64,000 nt of DNA. Source: Promethearchaeota archaeon. GTDB taxonomy: Archaea; Asgardarchaeota; Lokiarchaeia; Sigyniarchaeales; SOKP01. Of the stretch, positions 41,146 through 51,652 are shown piece by piece. How positions within the stretch are numbered: position 1 is the stretch's first letter; the number at the start of each line of letters is the position of its first letter. The stretch is from assembly GCA_016840085.1 (NCBI GenBank), contig JAEOTA010000051.1:32001-96000 (forward strand), written 5' to 3'. A model generated the notes under the pieces. It had not been told where the DNA came from. It worked only from the letters and a program-made list of their open reading frames with translations, and did not search any database. The position numbers and the translations under genes were made by a program.

Positions 41146-41163
41146 ATTAAGATCGATCTTAAT
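41146..41163. promoter_or_regulatory. Perfect 18-bp palindrome ATTAAGATCGATCTTAAT next to a TATA-like TTTAAATA
   Basis: Read directly in the divergent frhB-like/hdrC intergenic region. Confidence 0.55.
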
Positions 41164-41295
41164 TATAATATTGAAAAAGATTATTGTATTCCTTAAAAAT
41201 ATAATAAACACATTATTAAAATTGTTAATATTTATAAAATAAGAAAAGCAGAATCTTAAATATATTAAATTAATTAAAAAAAGGCTTAAGCAATT

Positions 41296-41799
41296 ATGCA
41301 GATGGTCGATTTTGAATTTCGAAATGAAATATTTAAAGAAGACTTTTCATTGAATTATTGTTATCAGTGTGGAACTTGTTCTAGTTCATGCCCTGTAGCA
41401 TTTATTACTAGTGGTGATTATAATCCTCGTAAAATTATTGAAGAATCCCTTTTAGGTTTTAAGGATTTATTGATAAAAGATCAGAAACCGAATGTATGGT
41501 TGTGTTGTACGTGCCAGATGTGTGTAGAAGAATGTCCACAAAACGTCATTTTAACAGACATTTTTGAGAAGATTAAGAATAAAATCGTTCAATTAGGGGA
41601 ACCATATCCTGAAGCTTTTAAAGTGCAAGCAAAAGCAGTAATAGAAAATGCTTTAGCAATTTCCCTTACACCATCAATCACACGAAGAAGAGAACAATTG
41701 GGATTACCCAATATCGAGTCTGCAGATATTAATGAAATAAAGAAATTATTGGGAGCTACAGATTTTGAAAAGAAAATTAAACTTAATGGTGGTAAATAA
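41296..41799 (+). CDS. hdrC: Heterodisulfide reductase subunit C-like
   Basis: CYQCGTCSSSCP and WLCCTCQMCVEECPQ motifs. Confidence 0.93.
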   Translation: MQMVDFEFRNEIFKEDFSLNYCYQCGTCSSSCPVAFITSGDYNPRKIIEESLLGFKDLLIKDQKPNVWLCCTCQMCVEECPQNVILTDIFEKIKNKIVQLGEPYPEAFKVQAKAVIENALAISLTPSITRRREQLGLPNIESADINEIKKLLGATDFEKKIKLNGGK

Positions 41800-41804
41800 G
41801 TAAA

Positions 41805-42674
41805 ATGTCTTATAATTATTTTTTAGGTTGTGTAATTCCTGGAAGACTTCCATTTTTAGAAGCTTCAGCGCGAAAAGCTTTTGACAAAATTGGTGTTAAA
41901 GTTGGAGATCAAGCTAAATGTTCATGTTGTCCGGATCCTACAGGAGTAGCACAATTAGATCATGAAAGTTTTTTAGTTTTAGGTGCAAGAAATTTATGTC
42001 TTTTTGAAGAAAGTAATAATAATGTGTTGAGTTTATGTTCTGGATGTACAGAGACCCTTAAAACCGTTAAATTTATCTTAGATAAAGATAAAGAAAAGAA
42101 GAAAGATATTAATTCGAAATTAAAACTAGTAGGAAAGAATTATAAGGGAGATGTTGAGATAAAGCATTTTGCCCAAGTTTTATATGAAAATCTTAATAAA
42201 ATCAAAGAAAAGGTCAAAAAACCTTTAAAAGATTTAAAAGTCGCGGGTCATCCTGGTTGCCATTATCTTCGTCCATCTGAAATAATGAATTGGGATGATC
42301 CACTTAATCCTGAAACATTAGATATGTTAATTGAAGCGATTGGAGCAGATCCTATAGATTATAGCTTAAAGAACGATTGCTGTGGAAATCCATTAGATAA
42401 ATCTGATAAAGATATCTCTCTCAGTATGTTAGAAAGTAAACTCAAAAGTATGAAAGAAGCAGGAACAGACTGTATTGCAGTTGTTTGTCCCGCTTGTTAT
42501 CAACAATTTGATTTTAATCAGAGGGAAGTAAATAAAAAGAAAAATACGAACTATAATTTTCCAGTTTTCTATATAACTGAATTGATTGCTGTAGCATTAG
42601 GAATAGATACAGAAGAACTTGGATTAAACTTCCATAGGATTAAGGTTAACAATATTTTAGAAAAAATTGCTTGA
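41805..42674 (+). CDS. hdrB: Heterodisulfide reductase subunit B-like
   Basis: YFLGC, CCPDP, CSGC, HPGCH, CCG and CPACYQQFD (two CCG domains). Confidence 0.93.
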   Translation: MSYNYFLGCVIPGRLPFLEASARKAFDKIGVKVGDQAKCSCCPDPTGVAQLDHESFLVLGARNLCLFEESNNNVLSLCSGCTETLKTVKFILDKDKEKKKDINSKLKLVGKNYKGDVEIKHFAQVLYENLNKIKEKVKKPLKDLKVAGHPGCHYLRPSEIMNWDDPLNPETLDMLIEAIGADPIDYSLKNDCCGNPLDKSDKDISLSMLESKLKSMKEAGTDCIAVVCPACYQQFDFNQREVNKKKNTNYNFPVFYITELIAVALGIDTEELGLNFHRIKVNNILEKIA

Positions 42675-42697
42675 AATAGCAGAAAAGGTGTTTTTAT

Positions 42698-43993
42698 ATG
42701 GATGAAAATTCAAAAAGTGTAATGATTATAGGAGGAGGAATAGCAGGGATTCAGGCATCTTTAGATTTAGCTGAAAGAGGTTTAATAGTTGAATTAATTG
42801 AAAAAAATGCATGTATTGGAGGAAGAATGGCTCAACTTGATAAAACTTTTCCCACAAATGATTGTGCTATTTGTATTTTAGCACCAAAACTTGCAGAATG
42901 TTTTCGACATCCTAATATTAATTTACACACTTTATCAGAAGTAAAAAGTTTATCAGGTCAAGCAGGTAATTTCAAAGCGAAGCTATTAAAGAAAGCAAGG
43001 TATGTAAAAGAAGATGAATGTATCAATTGTGGTCAGTGTATAGAAAAATGTCCAATGAGAGTAGATGACGAATTTGACATGAACTTGAGAAAACGTAGAG
43101 CGATTTATATAGATTATGTTCAAGGAGTTCCCTCAATAGTGACGATTGATAGGGAAAATTGTCTATTCTTCACAAAACAGGCTTGCAGAATCTGTGAAAA
43201 AGTATGCGAAAGAGAAGCAATAGATTTTGAGCAACAAGATGAAGAAATTGAATTAAATATTGGATCAATCATCGTAGCAACTGGATATGATATCTTTAAT
43301 CCAAAATCCATTGAATCATTAGGGTATAGTAGATATCCAAATGTAATAACTGCTTTAGAATTTGAACGATTAATTTGTGCGTCAGGACCTTTGGGCGGTC
43401 ATTTGATGAGACCATCGGATAAAAAAGAACCTAAGAAACTTGCTTTTATTAATTGTGTAGGATCAAGAGATATAAAAAACAATCCATATTGTTCATCTTG
43501 CTGTTGCATGTATACCACAAAAGAAGCTATGATTGCTTATGAGCATGATAATGAAATAGAAACTTCAATATTTTATATTGATCTTAGAGCCGCCGGTAAA
43601 GGTTTCCGAGAATATATTCAAAGAGGAAATGATGCATATGCCATTAGTTATATTAAAGGAAAAGTAGCTAAAATATTAGAAGACGATCAAAGAAATCCTC
43701 TCATTATTTATGAAGATATTAATACCTCACAAGTTAAACAACTTAATTTTGATTTAGTTATTTTAGCTACTACTATGGTACCTAAAAAAGATGCCGTTGA
43801 ATTAGCAAAATTATTAGGAATTGAACTAAATGAATATAACTTTTATAAGGGAAACTATTTCCATCCACAAAAATCATCTAAAGAAGGAATATTTCTCTGT
43901 GGGGCTTGTAGAGACCCAATGGATATTCCTAATTCAGTAATCGATGCAAGTGGAGCAGCTGCTAAAGCTGCAGAAATAGTAATGAGGGATTAA
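42698..43993 (+). CDS. hdrA: HdrA-like flavoprotein (FAD plus inserted ferredoxin module)
   Basis: GGGIAG, LDKTFPTNDCAIC, CINCGQCIEKCP, CVGSRD and YCSSCCC motifs. Confidence 0.92.
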   Translation: MDENSKSVMIIGGGIAGIQASLDLAERGLIVELIEKNACIGGRMAQLDKTFPTNDCAICILAPKLAECFRHPNINLHTLSEVKSLSGQAGNFKAKLLKKARYVKEDECINCGQCIEKCPMRVDDEFDMNLRKRRAIYIDYVQGVPSIVTIDRENCLFFTKQACRICEKVCEREAIDFEQQDEEIELNIGSIIVATGYDIFNPKSIESLGYSRYPNVITALEFERLICASGPLGGHLMRPSDKKEPKKLAFINCVGSRDIKNNPYCSSCCCMYTTKEAMIAYEHDNEIETSIFYIDLRAAGKGFREYIQRGNDAYAISYIKGKVAKILEDDQRNPLIIYEDINTSQVKQLNFDLVILATTMVPKKDAVELAKLLGIELNEYNFYKGNYFHPQKSSKEGIFLCGACRDPMDIPNSVIDASGAAAKAAEIVMRD

Positions 43994-43996
43994 AAA

Positions 43997-45664
43997 ATGT
44001 CAGATAATGAAATAAGAATTGGAGTTTTTATTTGCCATTGTGGTACAAATATAGGCGGCGTTTTAGATATATCTAGTTTAACTGATTACGCTAAAACATT
44101 ACCAAATGTAGTTTATGCTGCTGCTAATCTATATACCTGTTCAGAAGTTGGATTAAACGAAATCAGAGAGAATATAAAGGAACATAATTTAAATCGTGTT
44201 ATGGTAGCATCCTGTTCTCCACGAACACATGAACCTTTATTTAGAGCAACCTGCCAAGAAGCGGGTTTAAATCCTTATCTATTTGAAATGGTTAACATTC
44301 GAGATCAAGATTCTTGGGTTCATATGAAAGAACCAGAAAAAGGCACTGAAAAGGCTAAAGATCTTATTAGAATGGGTGTGTATAAAGCAGCTCTGTTAGA
44401 GCCATTAGAAAAAGTACAAGTTGGTGTAACCCCTTCTGCTTTAGTTATTGGCGGGGGTATTGCTGGAATGAATGCCGCATTGACTTTAGCAAACCAAAAT
44501 TTTGAAGTAAATTTAATAGAAAAAGATTCTGAATTAGGAGGATTAATCAGACATTTAAACAAAGTATTTCCTACTAATGAAGATGCTTCCAATTTATTAG
44601 AAATACGAAATTTAGTTCAAAGTCATAAGAAAATAAATGTATATACATCTGCTATTTTAGAGAAGATTGAAGGTTATGTAGGGAACTATAAAGTGAATAT
44701 TAAACAAAATAATAATATCATAGAATTTGATGCGGGTGTAATTATTGTTGCTACTGGAGCAATCCCTTTATCGCCAGATGGTTATTATGATTATAATGGA
44801 AAAAATATAATTAGTCAATTAGAATTAGAGGAATTACTAAAAGAAAATAAAGTTAATGCAAATAATGTTGTCATGATTCAGTGTGTGGGATGTAGAAATG
44901 AAGAGCGGAAATACTGTTCAAATATATGTTGTATGACCGCTCTTAAAAATGGAATGTTAATTAAGGAACAAAATCCCGATGCACATATTAATATAATTTT
45001 TCGAGATATACAAACTCAGGGGGTTACTTATGAGGAGTATTATAGAAAAGCAAGAGAGATGGGCATTTTATTTATAAAATATTTACCTGAAAAACCTCCA
45101 ATCATTAAGAAAGATCATATTGAAGTTTATAATGAATTTATGAATCAAGTAATTGGATTACCTTATGATCTTATTGTCTTATCAATGCCTCTTATTGCCA
45201 ATGAAGATTCAGAACAGTTAGCTAAAATGTTAAAAGTTCCATTAGGAGAGAATAAGTTCTTTTTAGAAGCTCATGTGAAATTACGACCTGTCGATTTTGC
45301 TACCGATGGTGTATTTTTATGTGGTTCTGCTCATTGGCCAGCAGATATATCAGAATCAATATCACAATCTAATGCAGCAGCTTCAAGAGCAAGTACAATA
45401 ATATCTAAGAACATGCTTGAAGTAGAAGGATCAACAGCAGAAATTAATACAGATTTATGTGTGGGTTGTGAAGCATGTATTAAAATTTGCCCCTATAGAG
45501 CAATATCTAAAGATGAGGAGACTGATATTGTAGTCGTTAATAAGGTGATGTGTAAGGGCTGTGGTGTATGCGGTGCTAGCTGTCCCCAAAATGCTATTAT
45601 TATTCACCATTTCACAAGCGATCAAATTATGGCAGAAATTATGACTTATGGAGGTGGAGTATAA
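43997..45664 (+). CDS. hdrA: HdrA-like flavoprotein (N-terminal Fe-S domain, FAD, C-terminal ferredoxin)
   Basis: IGVFICHCG, SCSPRTHE, NIRDQ, GGGIAG, EAHVKLRP and two CxxCxxC motifs. Confidence 0.92.
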   Translation: MSDNEIRIGVFICHCGTNIGGVLDISSLTDYAKTLPNVVYAAANLYTCSEVGLNEIRENIKEHNLNRVMVASCSPRTHEPLFRATCQEAGLNPYLFEMVNIRDQDSWVHMKEPEKGTEKAKDLIRMGVYKAALLEPLEKVQVGVTPSALVIGGGIAGMNAALTLANQNFEVNLIEKDSELGGLIRHLNKVFPTNEDASNLLEIRNLVQSHKKINVYTSAILEKIEGYVGNYKVNIKQNNNIIEFDAGVIIVATGAIPLSPDGYYDYNGKNIISQLELEELLKENKVNANNVVMIQCVGCRNEERKYCSNICCMTALKNGMLIKEQNPDAHINIIFRDIQTQGVTYEEYYRKAREMGILFIKYLPEKPPIIKKDHIEVYNEFMNQVIGLPYDLIVLSMPLIANEDSEQLAKMLKVPLGENKFFLEAHVKLRPVDFATDGVFLCGSAHWPADISESISQSNAAASRASTIISKNMLEVEGSTAEINTDLCVGCEACIKICPYRAISKDEETDIVVVNKVMCKGCGVCGASCPQNAIIIHHFTSDQIMAEIMTYGGGV

Positions 45665-46435
45665 ATGGCATTTGAGCCAAAAATATTAGGATTTTTATGT
45701 AATTGGTGTTCATATGCGGGAGCAGATTTAGCTGGTGTCAGTCGAATCCAATATCCAACTAATATCCGGGTTATTCGAGTCATGTGTTCAGGGAGAGTTG
45801 ATCCTGTGTTTATAGCTGAAGCATTTATACAGGGTATTGATGGAGTGCTTGTTTTGGGATGTCATTTAGGAGATTGTCATTATATAAGTGGAAATTATGA
45901 AGCAGAATTAAAAATGAAAATGTTAAGTAAATTACTATCTGTAATAGATTTCTCTGATCGATTAAATCTTGATTGGGTTTCGGCTTCAGAAGGAAATAGA
46001 TTTGCTCAAATTGTAGGCGATTTCACTGAACAGATACGTAAATTAGGTCCATCTCCTGTTAAAGATAAAAAACATAAAAAAAACATCATTGATAATCTCA
46101 ATGCCATAAAATACACTTTGTGTGATTCACGATTAAGAGCTCTAGTTGCTAGGCAAAGAGAATTAACAACAGAAGGAAATGTCTATGGTGACATAATACC
46201 GACGGAGGAATTTGAGATGATACTTAATGACGCTATTGAAAACGAATTTGTGCGTCATATAATTTTAGAGAAAATAAAGAATAAAGGTAAATCTGTCCCT
46301 GATATAGCAAAAGAAATTAAAATTGAACCTCATAAGGTTTTACAGCATATTGTAACTCTAAGGGCTCGTGGTTTAGTTGATGTTGACCAAATAAATGAAG
46401 AAATTCCTACATTTATTTCAATTAAGGTGGATTAA
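45665..46435 (+). CDS. mvhD: MvhD [2Fe-2S] subunit with C-terminal winged-helix extension
   Basis: FLCNWCSY, MCSGRV, GCHLGDCHY and WVSASEG motifs; tail SVPDIAKEIKIEPHKVLQHIVTLRARGLV. Confidence 0.9.
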   Translation: MAFEPKILGFLCNWCSYAGADLAGVSRIQYPTNIRVIRVMCSGRVDPVFIAEAFIQGIDGVLVLGCHLGDCHYISGNYEAELKMKMLSKLLSVIDFSDRLNLDWVSASEGNRFAQIVGDFTEQIRKLGPSPVKDKKHKKNIIDNLNAIKYTLCDSRLRALVARQRELTTEGNVYGDIIPTEEFEMILNDAIENEFVRHIILEKIKNKGKSVPDIAKEIKIEPHKVLQHIVTLRARGLVDVDQINEEIPTFISIKVD

Positions 46436-46437
46436 GA

Positions 46438-49400
46438 ATGGATAAGGTTGGTTCAGTTTTAGTTGTCGGTGGTGGAATAGCTGGCATTCAAGCCTCAATG
46501 GATCTAGCAGATTCGGGATACAAAGTATATTTAGTTGAATCTTCAATGAGTATTGGAGGTGTAATGTCTCAATTAGATAAGACATTTCCTACTAATGATT
46601 GTGCTATATGTATACTTGCCCCTAAGTTAGTAGCTGCAGGACGACATGAAAACATTACATTATTAATTAATACTTCTGTTGAAAAAGTCGAAGGAAAACC
46701 AGGTAACTTTTCTGTTGAATTAAAACAAAAAACTCTATTATTGGATCAAGAAAAATGTACAGGATGCGGTGTTTGTGCTAAAGAGTGTCCTGTAGAAGCA
46801 ATAGACTTTTTTAATGAAGGTTTATCAAATCGGGCTGCGATATCAGTAAAATTTCCGCAAGCAGTTCCCTTAGTTTTTTCAATTGATCAAGATTTATGTA
46901 TTGGTTGTGGTTTTTGTAAGGGTGTTTGTAAAGCTAAGGCAATAGATTACACTCTTGAGGATAAGATCACTAATTTAAATGTCGGAGCAATAATCTTGTC
47001 ACCCGGTTTTGATGAATATGATCCAAAACTTACACAGCAATTTGGCAATGGAAAATATTTGAATGTAGTAACAAGTATAGAATTTGAGCGAATATTAAGC
47101 GCAAGTGGCCCTCATTCCGGACTTATTCTTAGGCCCTCAGATGGGATAATTCCAAGAAAGATTGCTTTCCTACAATGTGTCGGCTCCAGAGATAAGAAGT
47201 ATGGTGCAGAATATTGTTCATCGGTTTGTTGTATGTATACAGCAAAAGAGGCTGTAATCGCTAAAGAACATATGGACATCATTGAACCAACAATTTTCTC
47301 AATGGATATAAGAGCCGTTGGAAAAGATTTCGATAAATATATAGAACGAGCTCAAAATGAGTACGGTGTGAGATACATTCGAAGTAGAATATCAAATATT
47401 AAGGAATATAATGACACAAAAGATTTAATACTTTATTTTGAAAATGAAGATGGAATAGTAGTTAATGAGGTTTTTAATTTAGTAGTTCTAGCAGTAGGAG
47501 CATTACCAAACCATAGTACAAAAACCTTAGCAAAAAAATTAAATATAGAATTGAATGAGTATGATTTTTGTAAGACAATGCCATTTTCTCCGATAGAAAC
47601 ATCGAGAGAAGGTATTTACGTATGTGGCATGTTCTCAGAGCCCAAAGATATCCCAGAGACAGTAGTAGAAGCGAGTGCCGCTGCAGGAGCTGTAAATGTG
47701 CTTTTATCAGATGTTAGAAACACTTTAATAACAGAAAAAAAGTTACCAAAAGAGATTGATGTTAGTGGGGAACCACCACGAATTGGAGTTTTTATTTGTC
47801 ATTGTGGCATTAATATTGGTGGAGTTGTAAACGTTCCTGAGGTTGTTGAATATGCAAATCAATTACCAGATGTTGTTTATGCTGAAAGAAATTTATACAC
47901 TTGCTCCGCTGATACACAAACGAATATAAAAGAAAAAATTAAAGAACATAATTTAAATAGAGTAATAGTTGCTTCATGTACACCAAGAACCCATGAACCC
48001 TTGTTTCAAGCAACCATAAGAGAGGCTGGATTGAATAAATATCTATTTGATCTAGCAAACATTCGAGACCAATGCTCATGGGTACATATGCATGAACCTG
48101 AAGAAGCTACAGAAAAGGCCAAAGATCTTGTACGAATGGCTGTAGCAAAATCTCGTCAACTAGTTCCTTTGCAAGAGCAACAAGTAGAAGTTATACATAA
48201 AGGATTAGTAATTGGAGGGGGAGTTGCAGGAATGAGTGCGGCCTTAAATTTAGCTGATCAAGGTTTTGAAGTATTCTTAGTTGAGAAGAACGATAAATTG
48301 GGGGGTTTTTCTAATAATATTTATCAAACAATAGAAAATTATGATGTTCAAGAACTTCTCAATAATTTAATTGAGAAAGTTAATAATCATAAGCTTATTA
48401 ATGTGTTTCTCAACGCTAAAATAAATTCTATTGGAGGATATGTTTGTAATTTTACGACCAAGATTGCTTATGGCGTGGAAAAACAAACTAAAGAAGTTAA
48501 ACACGGAATTATAATAGTCGCAACAGGTGCGTCTGAATATCATCCAAAAGACGGAGAATATCTTTTTAGTAAAGATGAAAGAGTTATTTTGCAATCTGAA
48601 CTAGAAAAAACTCTTTTTACCGATGAAGATAAAATAAAAAAATTAAAATCTATAGTTATGATACAATGTGTTGGTTCAAGGAATGAAGAACATCCTTATT
48701 GTAGTAGAATATGCTGTATTGAAGCCATTAAAAATGCATTAAAAGCAAAAGAAATCAATCCGAACCTTAATATCACTATTTTATATAGAGATATTAGAAC
48801 CTATGGATTTAAAGAAAAATACTATAATTTAGCTAGAGAGAAAGGAATCTTATTTATCAGATTCAATGAAGATAAGCCACCAGAAGTGAATATTGAAAAT
48901 GAAACATTAGTCGTAAGCTTAAATAAACCTGATATTGGAAATATTAATATAGAAACAAATTTAGTGGCTTTAAGTGCTGGTATAGTAGCTGATGGAGAAT
49001 CAAATGAAAGTTTAGCGAAGATGCTAAAAGTTCCTATAAATGAAGATAATTTCTTTTTAGAAGCTCATGTTAAACTAAGACCTTCAGATTTTGCAACTGA
49101 TGGAATCTTTTTATGTGGTACAGCTCGTGGAACTGCCACAATTAGTGAAATTATTGCTCAAGCAATGTCAGCTGCTTCTAGAGCGACAACGATTTTATCT
49201 AAAGATATTTTAGTGACTGAAGGTATTATTGCTAAAGTTGATCCCGCTTTATGCATTGGATGTAATAGATGTGCTGAAGTGTGTAATTATGGTGCAGTTG
49301 GTGTAAAATATGAGGAAGGTCTAATGGTTTCTGAAGTAAATCCTTTACTTTGTAAAGGTTGTGGAGATTGCGCAGCTGAATGTCCCGCAGAGGCTATAAC

Positions 49401-49899
49401 ATTGAGTCATTTTGGACGTATTCAAATTGAACCTATGATAACAGAAGCCGCTAAAATTGAAATTTCTGATGGGCAACCTAAAATTGTGGCGTTTCTCTGT
49501 AATTGGTGTAGTTACGCTGGCGCAGATTTAGCTGGTGTGAGTCGTTATCAATATCCTCCAAATATAAGAACTATACGAGTTATGTGTTCTGGTGGCATTC
49601 CTAAAAGTTTTATATATCAAGCCTTTTTAAATGGCGCTGATGGTGTCTTCATTGGTGGATGTCATCTTGGCGATTGCCACTATATTGCTGGAAATCAGGA
49701 TACTTTAAGAAGAACTAATGAAATTGAAAAAACACTAGGATCTCTCGGTATTCATCCAGAAAGATTTCTGCGAAAGTGGATTTCTGCGAGTGAAGGAAAG
49801 CTTTTCGCTCAAACTATTACTGAGTTTACCGAAAAAGTGAAAGAATTAGGTCCTATTGAAAATGATTATAAAAAAAAAGAGGTAATAATAACAAAATAA
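46438..49899 (+). CDS. hdrA: HdrA-HdrA-MvhD fusion (large two-FAD HdrA-like polyferredoxin)
   Basis: Two GGG(I/V)AG FAD motifs, DKTFPTNDC, IGVFICHCG, several CxxCxxC, and C-terminal FLCNWC/GCHLGDCHY. Confidence 0.92.
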   Translation: MDKVGSVLVVGGGIAGIQASMDLADSGYKVYLVESSMSIGGVMSQLDKTFPTNDCAICILAPKLVAAGRHENITLLINTSVEKVEGKPGNFSVELKQKTLLLDQEKCTGCGVCAKECPVEAIDFFNEGLSNRAAISVKFPQAVPLVFSIDQDLCIGCGFCKGVCKAKAIDYTLEDKITNLNVGAIILSPGFDEYDPKLTQQFGNGKYLNVVTSIEFERILSASGPHSGLILRPSDGIIPRKIAFLQCVGSRDKKYGAEYCSSVCCMYTAKEAVIAKEHMDIIEPTIFSMDIRAVGKDFDKYIERAQNEYGVRYIRSRISNIKEYNDTKDLILYFENEDGIVVNEVFNLVVLAVGALPNHSTKTLAKKLNIELNEYDFCKTMPFSPIETSREGIYVCGMFSEPKDIPETVVEASAAAGAVNVLLSDVRNTLITEKKLPKEIDVSGEPPRIGVFICHCGINIGGVVNVPEVVEYANQLPDVVYAERNLYTCSADTQTNIKEKIKEHNLNRVIVASCTPRTHEPLFQATIREAGLNKYLFDLANIRDQCSWVHMHEPEEATEKAKDLVRMAVAKSRQLVPLQEQQVEVIHKGLVIGGGVAGMSAALNLADQGFEVFLVEKNDKLGGFSNNIYQTIENYDVQELLNNLIEKVNNHKLINVFLNAKINSIGGYVCNFTTKIAYGVEKQTKEVKHGIIIVATGASEYHPKDGEYLFSKDERVILQSELEKTLFTDEDKIKKLKSIVMIQCVGSRNEEHPYCSRICCIEAIKNALKAKEINPNLNITILYRDIRTYGFKEKYYNLAREKGILFIRFNEDKPPEVNIENETLVVSLNKPDIGNINIETNLVALSAGIVADGESNESLAKMLKVPINEDNFFLEAHVKLRPSDFATDGIFLCGTARGTATISEIIAQAMSAASRATTILSKDILVTEGIIAKVDPALCIGCNRCAEVCNYGAVGVKYEEGLMVSEVNPLLCKGCGDCAAECPAEAITLSHFGRIQIEPMITEAAKIEISDGQPKIVAFLCNWCSYAGADLAGVSRYQYPPNIRTIRVMCSGGIPKSFIYQAFLNGADGVFIGGCHLGDCHYIAGNQDTLRRTNEIEKTLGSLGIHPERFLRKWISASEGKLFAQTITEFTEKVKELGPIENDYKKKEVIITK

Positions 49900-49935
49900 T
49901 TATTTTATCAAGTTCAAAAATTAGGAGTTTTTTAA

Positions 49936-50634
49936 ATGATAATTACTAAACAAAAAGATATTGAAGAAATTTATGATATGATCAAACCGTATTCGAAACT
50001 TTTAGTTGCAGGGTGTGATGGTTGTTGTCAACCTCCACGTTCTATTAATGAAGCCAAAGTTCTAGCACAGATGCTCGAATTGAAAGCAAGGAGTGAAGGC
50101 AAAGAATTAAAGTGGAGAGCTATCACTGTTTTAAGGCAGTGTGATGATAGGATTGCAGCTACAACAATAAGACCATTTGTTGAAGAATATGATGCAATTG
50201 TCTCATTGGCATGTGGTTTAGGAGTGGGTATGTTGAATAGAATATTCCCTAATATTCTAACTTTTCCAGCACAAGACAGTATGTTTGGAGGTGCAGAGAT
50301 TAACGGAGAAAATTATTTTGCCGAATATTGTGAGACTTGCGGTGAATGTTTATTAGGAGTTACAGGTGGCATTTGTCCTATGGCTGGTTGTGCTAAAAAC
50401 TTGAGTAATGGCCCTTGTGGTGGTCAAGTTGAAGGCAAGTGTGAAGTAGGAGGGTATATACATGATTGTGCGTGGGTAAAAATATGGGAACGACTAAAGA
50501 AATTTAATAGGCTTGATTTATTCACAAAATATAGACCTCCACGGAATTATCAATTATGGTCAAGTCCACGATTTATTCATATCTATGAATCTATTTCAAA
50601 TGAGGTAGAATCCAAAAAGGAGGAAGAAGCATAG
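49936..50634 (+). CDS. metV: MetV (MTHFR-associated Fe-S/Zn subunit)
   Basis: MIITKQK, GCDGC, RQCD, ACGLG, C..CGEC.LG.TGGICP..CAK.L.NGPCGG and CAW motifs. Confidence 0.9.
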   Translation: MIITKQKDIEEIYDMIKPYSKLLVAGCDGCCQPPRSINEAKVLAQMLELKARSEGKELKWRAITVLRQCDDRIAATTIRPFVEEYDAIVSLACGLGVGMLNRIFPNILTFPAQDSMFGGAEINGENYFAEYCETCGECLLGVTGGICPMAGCAKNLSNGPCGGQVEGKCEVGGYIHDCAWVKIWERLKKFNRLDLFTKYRPPRNYQLWSSPRFIHIYESISNEVESKKEEEA

Positions 50635-50635
50635 A

Positions 50636-51568
50636 ATGGCTAATAGACCCGCATTTAGTAATTTAGTAAAAACAATTAGAGAAGGGAAGTTTGTATTCAC
50701 TGGTGAATTAGAACCTGAGAAGGATTTTGATTTAAGCCATGTGCTTCATTCTGCAGAAGAAATGAAAAAAACTGGAAAAATAGTTGCTGCTAATGTCACC
50801 GATGGACCACAAGGAGATGCTTACACATGTTCAATGGTTCCTTGCTATTTAGTTCAAGAAAAAGTTGGACTAGAAGCTATCTGGCAGATGACCGTTAGAG
50901 ATAGAAATCGAATTGCTTTATTTGGTGATATCTTGGGTGGAGCAATTCTCGGGCTTAAAAATTTACTTGCTTTAACCGGTGATCATTCTGCTCTTGGCGA
51001 TCATAAAAATGCTAGACCTGTATATGATTTAGATTCTACTCAATTGATAGACCTTGTTTCGAAGATGGTTGATGAAGGAACAGATCTAGAAGGAAATGAA
51101 ATAGGAGGTGGAAAACTTGAAATAAACGTGGGGTGTGCTGCAAATCCGAATTCAAACCCACGAGAACCTGAAATTTTAAAAGTTGGTAGAAAAGTAGAAG
51201 TAGGCGCAGATTTCATTCAAACTCAAACTTCATTTGATATTGACGATGCTAAAGAATTTTTAAAAGAATTAGAGAGATTCAATATTCCGGTCTTACTTGG
51301 TTTATTCCCTATTAAAAATTATGGAATTGCGTGGTACTTTAATGAATATATCCCAGGTGTTTCAGTTCCTAAGAATTTTCTAGATTCTTTAAAAGCAACC
51401 AAAAAGATTAAAGACAAAAAAGAGAAATACGCTAAAATTGACGAAATAAATTTAGGATTTTTTGAGCCATTTATCAAAGAAATTAAGAAAACTACCAAAG
51501 CTGCTGGTATTCACTGCATGGCAGTTCACTATGAAAGATTGTTTAATCCACTCCTCAAAGATTTCTAA
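50636..51568 (+). CDS. metF: Methylenetetrahydrofolate reductase
   Basis: TGELEP, NVTD, RDRNRIAL, LALTGD, GADFIQTQ and GIHCM motifs. Confidence 0.93.
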   Translation: MANRPAFSNLVKTIREGKFVFTGELEPEKDFDLSHVLHSAEEMKKTGKIVAANVTDGPQGDAYTCSMVPCYLVQEKVGLEAIWQMTVRDRNRIALFGDILGGAILGLKNLLALTGDHSALGDHKNARPVYDLDSTQLIDLVSKMVDEGTDLEGNEIGGGKLEINVGCAANPNSNPREPEILKVGRKVEVGADFIQTQTSFDIDDAKEFLKELERFNIPVLLGLFPIKNYGIAWYFNEYIPGVSVPKNFLDSLKATKKIKDKKEKYAKIDEINLGFFEPFIKEIKKTTKAAGIHCMAVHYERLFNPLLKDF

Positions 51569-51652
51569 TATTAAATATAAAAAATTAATAAAATTTGATT
51601 TTTTGAAAATTAAATTAAATTTTTTTATAAATTAAGAAAAAAAACAAGAGGG

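Noticed and set aside
41296-49899. Selenocysteine recoding in HdrA/MvhD, which are known Lokiarchaeia selenoprotein families
   Set aside because: The ORFs are uninterrupted and the relevant motifs (TNDCAIC, CNWC, GCHLGDCHY) use Cys codons. No in-frame TGA was found.
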